This document shows, one piece after another, positions 54,131 through 64,000 of a stretch of DNA of 64,000 nucleotides. The notes under the pieces are model-generated. The model was given only the letters and a program-made list of their open reading frames with translations, was not told the origin of the DNA and did no database searches. The position numbers were made by a program, and so were the translations under genes. This DNA comes from Ptychomitrium polyphyllum (taxonomy: Eukaryota). The DNA lies in the NCBI GenBank assembly GCA_973851085.1, contig OZ316776.1:9796001-9860000 (forward strand). The letters are read 5' to 3'. The first letter of the stretch is position 1. Each line of letters begins with the position of its first letter.

Positions 54131-55560
54131 AAATAATATTTTTTTTAGTTTAATATAAAGAAAATCAAATAAGAATCAATATAACACCAAATTTGTTTTA
54201 ATGAAAATTTAAAAAGATTTAAAAAAAACTTATTTTACAAATTTAATGAGTCAGAAGTTAGATTTTTGTGGAGTATTTTTCATCCAACTATGAATTTTAT
54301 TGCTAATTAGATGAAAACATGCATCAAGAAGGTAATTTTAGTTTAATATCTTTCGAAGCTCCTTAAGCAAATAAGTTGTATCAATCAGAGAAATGCATGT
54401 AATGACATTCAAGGCTTATTAATACAAATACAATGCAATGTAATATATACTTTTGAGTGATCCAAGCAATGGTAATTACCACTATTCAATAAAAAATGGT
54501 ACACTTTTTCTTGTTTTGTAACAGATTATAAAAATTGATTGTTTTTTAGGCTTGTCTCGTGTACTAGAATAGATATTTCATGATGTATGGTTATAATATT
54601 TATTTCTTTTTATTGTTTATATAATTGAAGATTTGATTTTTCAAATGCTGATCCATTTATTGAAGCCTAAATATTATACAAGGGCTATGCTTGCTTATAA
54701 GGATTTTCTTGTAATTGGGCACAAAAGTAGAAGCGTTGAGGCTTATACTCACAAATGAGACTTTTGAGGAATCTAACAAGAAATGTTTTAATTTGACAAC
54801 ATCTTTTGAGTCCAATTAAGACATTCTTTTATGTTCATTCAATGGATTTCAATCCAAAATTTTCATGGGAATGAGAAATATAGAAATTTAATAATCAAAT
54901 AAAGATTGCTAATGCTAGCTACCAATGATTTATGAATATAAAATAACAAGCTTCCAATTTCAAGACAACCATCAAGCAATCATTATATTCATAAATAAAT
55001 TTTGTTCCTTTACATTCACGTATTTATATATTTTTTAAATAAGCAATTATGGCAAGTACTTCTATCTATGAAAACACGTTTTTGATACATATAATATGAT
55101 AATTTCCAAAAAAATCTATTTTTTAATTATATTATAGAGTTATAAAATAAATTATAAGAAAATAGTTTGATTTGCAATTTTCCTTTTATTTTTAAGTACA
55201 TGAAATAGCTTTGTGCAATTTGAAAAGAATACAAAGCATCTATATTCCATTTGTACTCACTAAATAAAATCCTTGATTTACAAATAATTTATCAATGTAT
55301 CACACACAAGTTCCAAAATTAATAGTAATATTTTAGAATGATAAGCATTGTACATAAATGTATATAGAATGCACATGAGCATCTACAAATAATTAAAAAA
55401 CTTAAATGCCTAAACAAACATTATAATAGATAACAAAACTTGTCTTTATTAAAAGTTCAAATTTACCTCTATTTAGACTACAAAGGTGATTAAACTTTGA
55501 TACAATTCAATGGTCACATAATACCAAACATTTTCAAAAGCAAAACATCTATTGTTTAAG

Positions 55561-55664
55561 GAAGTTTTCATCTATTTAGTGTAAACTCTAAATTAATTAG
55601 TTTTTAGTACCAATTAGAGTTTAGAGAGGTTATTAAATGGAGAAATTCCTTTGATTTGGCATTC
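55561..55664 (+). repeat. Dispersed repeat fragment, copy 2 (homologous to 3505-3606)
   Basis: ttttcatctatttagtgtaaactctaaattaattagtttttagtaccaattagagtttagagaggttattaaatggagaaattcctttgatttggcattc; same orientation as copy 1, and the differences are mostly transitions. Confidence 0.75.
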
Positions 55665-57579
55665 AATTATACACTATACATATTATATCTAATTTATTAC
55701 ATTTATTGCCACTTTATCAATTTCCTTCTCATTGTTATTTTTTTCTTCATTGTTTGGATTCTTTGTCAACCCAACATGTTTTTGCTTTCCACAACATGCA
55801 TTTCTCTATTCCTGTCTCTTGTTGTGGATCCTAATCAGTTGTACATAGAGGTTCACCCCAGCATAGCTGTCAACACAAGATCATCATACAACCACTATTG
55901 CAGTCAATGTAAGTTCACATAGTTCAAATGCAATACAACTTTGCACAGTTCTCAGGCAAGATCAATTCATACAAACACTCCACACAACTTCAAACAAACA
56001 CTGCAAATAAATTCATATAATTACCACAATCAAAAACCATCATCAAAAGCCAATGATCCACCTGCAACATAGTAGCCTCCACAGCTCCAGGGCAGCTTCA
56101 AGATATTTTAAGCAATACAGGAGAACAATTTTTATATAGTAGAAAACTTCCAACAAAGGTTAGCTTTTAAAAAATCCAGTCCATCTTGATCCCACATGTT
56201 CTTTAAGAGAGAGTGAGAGCATGCAAGAACTCATGATGACTTCACCAATCCTGCCTCCCCCAATCAGATTTCGTCAATTGTTTTTATTAACCACTGAACA
56301 CATATATCCTTCGTGAGGGGCTTTCAAGGGGAACTCTAGCCCTCCAACTACACTGTAGGTGATAATTACTGTCATATGCCATTTACTGTCATGTAAAATC
56401 ATTGCATGGGTGATGCTATTCATAGCACTCAATAGTAATCATTAAACATCGTTTTAGTCTATTGCATAAAAAAAAAATGTTTTTCCAAGAAAAACTGATA
56501 CATATTAAATTTTAATTGATTTGAAATTTCATTAGAGATTATAAGGGAATTCCCATTTGATATCGAAGTATAGTAATGTTGAGACTATAAATTAATGAAC
56601 TCAGCTTTTTATAATGTCCTTTACATGATCTATGCCATATAAAATCATCACGCCATACATGTTTCATAGTCCATGATCCCATGAGAATTATGTAATCCCA
56701 TATTATATACATCAAATGATTTACAAATTACAAACCTATGATTTTAAAGACTAAAGATTGACACAAGTGAAAGACACCCTTTTATTTCATCTCCTTGCTT
56801 TCATAATTGAGTTGATTGTAAGGCACTTTGAGAACCAGAGACAGTGAGTATGTATGCACTGTGTGAATTAACAAATGTAGCAATCACTCAATTAATCTAG
56901 CAGGAAATTGTGAAATGACCAGGGGAGTACTGGCAGAGAGGAGGATTGGACCATTGGGAAAGGGACTTAGAGCATGGGTGCAAATACAATTTGAAAGGAG
57001 TGTCAGGGCCATTCCTTTCCTTCAAAGTTCCATCAACAATAAGGGGACAGCCAGTATGGAGGGCAGTCCAGGTCACAGTACGTTCCATTGCCTGGACTGC
57101 ATACAGTCATCTATAAAGGCAGTAACAGTCAAATCCACTACATAAATCAAAAAGCTGAACTCATTGAGCCAATGCCCTTTCTGATGTGTTTCAACAACTC
57201 TGATTGTTCAATTCTCCATGCTTTGTGGATGATTACCATCCCATCTTTCTTATGAAGGGTTTAGGTTGTTTTATGAAAAGTTATAAAAACATACAACTAT
57301 GTAGTGTATTTTAGGCTTTTTCTTTTTCCCACCAACTTAAATTAGTCTAGTAAAATGATTATCCTTGCATTTTAAGGTGAGATTCCACAAGTCTGGTTCT
57401 ACTCCAATTTTAATTTTGAATTTTTTGTGAAGTTTGATTTTTTTTGCAATTACAAGTTTAGCACCAATTTCCTACTTTAAAAATTGGATGTTCTTTAAGA
57501 CTAGTATTTCGTAATTATGATAAAAAATAAGAATTTGAGTATATTTGTAATTGATATAAATTTTCTTTTGATTCACTTC

Positions 57580-57985
57580 ATTAGATTATGTGCTATGTTA
57601 TGATGGAAGTTCTTTTAGTTTGCTAGTTGATTAATTATTGCAATGCAAATTGTGTAAGAGACATTGACATACAACATTCTACTATTGATTATATATTTAT
57701 ATCAGCAAGTAGTGTAATTAGATGAAATAGTAAGAAACAACCAATAGTTGCTTCATCTACTTACACTACTTACTGATAATCAAGGTTGCTTTCTTTTTTC
57801 AAAGAATTTCTCATTCCATGCTTGTAATAAGCATGTTGAATTTAGCATCAAATTTTTTTTATAAGAAGATTGAAAATGATGAAATAAATTTAGATTTTGA
57901 TAGGACTCAAGACCTGGTTGCATATGTATTGTTTAAAGGTCCGTAAGGTAACAAATATTATAAATTCAAGAAGATAATGAAAACC
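57580..57985 (+). mobile_element. Decayed Ty1/Copia RT C-terminus / RNase H remnant
   Basis: LDYVLCYDG; YCNANCVRDIDIQHSTIDYIF (compare YCDADWAGDxDTRRSTTGYIF); SKKQPIVASST (from 57729; compare SKKQxTVALST); DNQGCFLFSKNFSFHACNKHVE (from 57775; compare DNQxxIxLxKNPxFHxRTKHI); KKIENDEINLDFDRTQDLVAYVLFKG (compare TxDQxADxLTK). Confidence 0.88.
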
Positions 57986-60900
57986 ATTAAAATGAGTTGG
58001 TTGTCAAATATTTTGTTGAGTAGGAGTAACAAATAAATATTAACATACAAGTGTAATTCATGTGTAAAATCATAGTATTAAATAACATAGCCAACAATAA
58101 CTTGTAACTTATAGTCCATTTTAAAGAGTAATTAACACATTGTTGAATAGTTGTAGTAGCCTACCAAGTTGTTGTAGTTATTATTGCCTTTTAGTTTGCC
58201 ATGTGGCTTATCAAAATAATTGTCTACATATTAAATTAATCTTGTTAATATATATATATCAAAGAATCCATATGACTAGAATATGGTTTTATAATATAAG
58301 AGCTTGAAGACTAGGTTTATTTAAAAGCCGTCCATTTTCTTGAATATTTGATGGTTGGATGATAAGCATGTCTGTGTTTTACATTTTTAATTTTTTTGTT
58401 TTATAACAATACATCCCTCATATTTTTCTACAATATAGAAAAGAACAAATTTTTATATATTTGTAGTATACAACCCACTTAGAATGAGAAGATGAGCATG
58501 AGCCCTTTAAAATTGACTTGTGACATAGAATATGATAAAATGATAGATTATTTCATTTAATGAAGAAATGTGTCAGATTTTAAAGGTTGAAGTATGAATT
58601 TTTGCATGTTTGATGCGTAGAATTTTTTAAATGGATAACTATAGGGTGTAGCTTAGAAGGTGCCGAAGGATGTTTTTGATAGTGTTATTGTTGATTCAAT
58701 CTTTAAAGGTTTAAATGTGCCATAACAACCAACAATGCATAATGTAATTTTATTGTATTTGGAACATATCTACACTTCTATCAAATTTTTAAGTTCAAAG
58801 TGAAGTTATAATTTATGTTGATGTGGTTCTCATAAGTGTCAAGGTTTGTAAATTGGAGCTATTTTGTAAGTAAAAAATACCAACTATATAATTACATATC
58901 TACTATTTTATAGATTTAAGAACTAATAATCAATTGTTGATGTGTGAGATCATTCAAACTTATTCTAAAAACAATATTCATTATTATGGGACAAAATAAC
59001 AATATTGGAACTATAATAGTTTATATATATTCAACTCAAATCAAGCTAAATTGCAAACCTCATAAACCATTTAAGTGCAAATTTAGTGCATTTTGGTTAT
59101 TATACCTCATTTATGGCAAGAACCTAGTTATAACTTCAAAAACATAAAAATGATCTTTAGTAAATTTAACCTTTTTTAAATTTATTTCATTTTTGAGATT
59201 ATTTTGGGACTTTGAAATTTTCCATTATAATAAATCTGATGTTTTTATCTTCAGATGGAAAAAGGAAACAAATGGAAGATTATTTGATGGAAAATATTCC
59301 AATGAATATAATAAGAAAGAAAATAATTCCTAAATCACCTTACATATATCCTCTTTTTTCACAAAATCTTGCAAATATCTCCAGAATCCAACATCATTCT
59401 TTTATTTTTCAAAAATCCTTTTAATATTTCCAAAATATTCCAAAAAAGAAAAAAAGAAAAAAGAAAAAAGAAAAATTTAAGGTGCCTTTAATATAGCCAA
59501 TATGTAGTTGTTGTTGTATTAAAAAGCTAATAATGTGTTGGAACCTCTCAAAGTCAATAGATACTCTTCCCACAGTGCATACATTTTCTTCAATTCCTCT
59601 AAGTCATGTATTTTATCTTATCTTCAAAGATGCAAACAACTTACATTGAAGATAAAATTGGAACATGAAACATAGAGCAAATCTTGTAGATTTAGTAAAT
59701 AAATACCATCTTTGAATAGAAAGTTCAATATGTTACTATCAAATACTGAATTTCTAAAAAATATAATTCCTTTCTAAATATTCCTATATTCCAAAAAAAT
59801 TCTTTTCCAAAATGATTTGAAGACAATTTAATTTCCAAAAAATTGGCATATATTTTTAAAACATCAAAGCTGCTACCTAAGTACATTATAGCAAGGTTCT
59901 CAAATCCAACATCTGTCATTGATACTGCAACATGGATGCATTGTCACGATGGAATAGCATATTCTTTATATTGTTATTCAAATTTTAAGAGTATTCACAT
60001 ATATTTGAGTATATAAGAAAACTTAAGGATATTTGAAAAAAAATTGTAATATTTTTCATATTTCTTGTTACACCCATTATGATTGTAACACAACAAATCA
60101 TTTATCTATTATTTGAACTCATTATATTTAACAATCCTATATTGTGATTTATTTTAGATATATTCTTTATATATTCTTGAATTAGTTTTAAAGCACCTTA
60201 TATTCTTTTTCACAAGAAATATAATTTGGTCGTTAAAGAATTAAAAAGAGTATAATTTATTTTACAATGCATATTATATTTGATTCTTAATAAATCCTAT
60301 TAAATTAAATCCTTTAATATATTATAGTAGCTATTGTTTGATTGTATTGAATCATTTTTTAAAAGAAAATAAATCACTGATTGAGCTAGTAAACTTTTTT
60401 GTATGCTTAATTTAAATACATAAAGTTACAAAAATTTCAATGAGGATCTTAAAAAAATTAAAACACAAAAAAAATGTAAAATCCAACAGATGAAGCATGA
60501 ATATGTAAAATTGCAGATTTTATGGCTTATTATAAATTGTGTTTCTTAAGATAATAAAGGCCTTAAGAATTAAGGATACAAAATTCTAACTAAATAATAC
60601 TTTTTATGATTTTATTTTTATGAACTTTCACTAAACTATCCTTAGAGCGTTCTTTTGAAATTATTTAAAATTTATCAAAACCTCCAACAGCTATCTTACA
60701 AAAAATAATATAACATTTGAAATGAAACAGAATTTGACTATATTAAATTAAAACCATTGCTTTTAAAAGAATTACTCAATACCAAAAAATTTAACTTGTT
60801 TGCTTTTGTACAAAAGCTAGCAGCTTGAAAATTATCATCATCATTATTGTTATTGAATTTTTTTCTTAAGATGTTTACAATTCATTCGTGTAATCTAAAA

Positions 60901-63900
60901 ATGAGATTATTACATTGTTTGACAAACACATTTCAGCTCTGAATAGTTTAATGTTTCAATGTTTATGCTATTATAACCTAGTTGATTTTATAACTTTTTC
61001 ATTGGGTAATTACCAAGATTAATATATTGTACTTTTCAAAAATCATGTACAAATTTCGTTTTTAATTTTTAAGAATTAGTGAAAATTTCATAACTACTTG
61101 CAAATCAGTCACATTCAATTGAAAAATTGTTGATCCTTTTTACCAACTTCTTTATATAATCATCATACATACAAATTCATGTATACATACATACATGTAT
61201 GTTCATCTTTCTACCTTAGAATAACATATGTAAGTTATGTAAAATATACAAAAACATTAGAATATATTAATCTGTTTATAATAAAGAAATGCTGTATGAT
61301 TGCCCATTGATAAATCAAACTGAAATACTATTTTGATTTATCTTTTCAAAACAAAAAAAGCAAATTAAAACAAAAAAAAATTCCTTATGCCAATCTTGAT
61401 CAACATGTAGATAACTCCCATTTTTGATCTGTTACTACATTTGTGACAATACCCAAGAATTATAGAATTATGCATGGACATGGTGGGAATGTTGTAAAAG
61501 TTGTGATTTCCATATTAATGTAAATAGGTAATACTCAGTTCCCTTTTGGCTGAGTAAAAAGCAGAAATGCTTAATTCATGCCAGCCCCAATCTCACAGGG
61601 GACTAAAGTTTGTACATACTTATGTTGGTTGGTTGGTTTGTTTATCTATGAATTAAATTATTTTGTACAAGGTACTCCAAATAACCCATCCTGAATTGTA
61701 CATCTATTGTACATTTCCAAGCTTCTATGTATTATTAACCTTCCTTTTGCTGAGTAATGGAGTGCTGTATCCAAAGGCAAAATAACCCTCACTGACTGAA
61801 ATCTACATACTACCTCACTTATTCAACCTCAGCATTTAAAGATGGTACTTCCTAACTACTAGTGTTGCTGGGTTTCCTCACCTAATTCTGATATCTAATT
61901 CAAGCACGAAGGCCCTTAGCTGTAGTGGCAAGCCAGTACGATTGACCTTTTGAAAATCTTAGTGAATTAACCATTGAACTGCAGCATGAGACTTCCTAGA
62001 GCAAGAGGACCATCTATAGTCAATAAGAATAATTCCAGTGCAACAGGCTTAACTATAACTGTAACATTTGGTGACAAATTTTGTACCAGATTAGACATAA
62101 TATGTATCCTACTTGGTGCACATTTATCCCTTGTTTTCCTCATCTGAAACATGCTCATCCAAGCTTATTAGTGTGATATTAAATTTACTATAACCAACAT
62201 TTTATTCTGCACTTACTCAGAATGATAGACTCTCCATTTGCTGGTCTCACAACCTCAAAAAAAGAGGGAAAAGCTATTTCTCTACTCCATACTCTTTTGA
62301 CCCCATGTGGTACCAAACATTTTGAGATTATTTCTTTGATATTTTCACACTTTGTACTATACTGGCCAGTAAAGACACATAATCTATTTCTCAAAGAATT
62401 TCCAATAATTTATGATATAACTAGAATGTCTAAACTTCTATTTTTACCTTTTCACATTTTTACCTATTCATAGAAATAAAATCTCTTCTACAACCTTATT
62501 TCAAAAGTTGAGTAATTAAACAATAGAATTATTTATTGAGATTTTTCCAAAGGTTTTTTTTTGCAAAACATATTTTAAAACTCATTTTGGTCACGAAAAC
62601 AAGTAAAAGCACATTTTAGAGTGTATTTTGATGAACTAATGAGAATTTTACATGGTCAAAGAGCCTCAAAGTTTGGACTTCCCCAGAGTTAGCCAAGCCT
62701 TCCAAAACAAATTCTTGGTTTATTATATGTGCCCAAAGTTTTTTGCAATTGCTCTTCTAAATTAGAAGTGTTTGATCGCTTGTATCATAAATGCTGTAGA
62801 CTATTATTTACAAATAAAACACACTAGAAACACAAGGTGAAAGAGTTCTACTTAATAGATAACTTTATTAAACTAGCACCTTAACACAAACTCTGAACCT
62901 ACTATCTAATTTTTGATGTACCAACATCTCATTTGTTCATCCTTAGACTAATTAATCTTACATTTTTACAACTTTGACTAAAGTCACATAGTTTTCAATG
63001 TTGGAAACATATGCACCATTGGCCAAGGAACATGGACATCTTGGGAACAAACATTTTCTTTTACTTTTTATTTTCAACATCTGCCATGTTGTTTCATTTT
63101 CCTCAGTACAGGTCTCAAAGTGTTTGCTGGATGAAATCATCTGATGGAATTTAGGTTTGTTGGCTTAATCAATTGTTTGATACAATTTTTGCATGCAGAG
63201 CATGGCAACAAAGATTTTGGTGATTTATCTGTATTGCTTCCAAGAACTTTTCCTTCCAGATAATCAGGGTTCACATTGTGATGTGAGCTTGTTGGTGAGG
63301 AAGAATATGAATTTGACTTTTGGGTGGCTTGGAGGGTGGAAAATGATTTTGTGAAAAGTGAAATGGAATATTCATCCTACACATCAATTTAGTTTTGAAA
63401 TTTTCTTTTATGGAGGATAGTGTAATTTGACAGTTTTTTAGGTTCACTTGAATTGAAGTAATGACCGTTGATGGAGGTTATACCATTTCTTGGCTTTGTA
63501 ATGATAGTTGTGAAAGGTGTTGTCTTTGTTTATACTTTCGTTTTGCAACGTTGGATTTACAATGGTCTTCCAGCTTTAGTTTGAGTCAAATTCGGTGTTC
63601 ATGAGGAAGATGTATTTGCAATTCTTGGTAACTTCTAAATCTTTATTTTAGCTTTCTAATGTGATTGAATATTGTTTGCATGCATCTCCCTATGCATGGA
63701 GTTTGGTTGTTTAGAAATATTGTGTTGTTGTGAAGAACTTGTTTTTTAAAGCACTACAATACAACATATCTTTCAATAACTAAACACTTTTTATGGACAT
63801 GAATGAGCAAGAAAGTAGCATAATAGGTGATGTCTATTTTGTAATGCTTGTAGATAAAATAGAAGAATCCAATGCAAAAGTCATATGCTATATTGGTGCT

Positions 63901-64000
63901 TCAAATTCATTCTTATGAAATGTTCTTTGTGGAATTTGTTATATTATTACATATTTTAAGTATGCTTCAAATTATAAGAAGGAAGAAAGGATATTTTATA

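Overview
Land-plant genomic DNA, probably a moss; Physcomitrium-like is an inference from gene structure and the heavily decayed retroelement background. There are two intact intron-containing genes on the + strand. (1) A complete MOR1/XMAP215-family microtubule polymerase (6376-25461), which I could splice by hand into 53 in-frame exons encoding about 2006 aa, using two GC-AG introns. (2) A 7-exon, 330-aa histidine-phosphatase (phosphoglycerate-mutase-like, CA1P-phosphatase-related) gene with a likely plastid transit peptide (27960-31868). The first ~140 bp may be the end of an upstream gene. From ~32.3 kb to the end there is no intact gene, only AT-rich, CpG-poor DNA with decayed Ty3/Gypsy and Ty1/Copia pol remnants, short repeats and a few GC-richer gene-like islands. 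I found no RNA gene, no CRISPR array and no convincing new biological system. The most useful observations concern MOR1 splicing and regulation, and some pseudogene-like fragments in the transposon graveyard.
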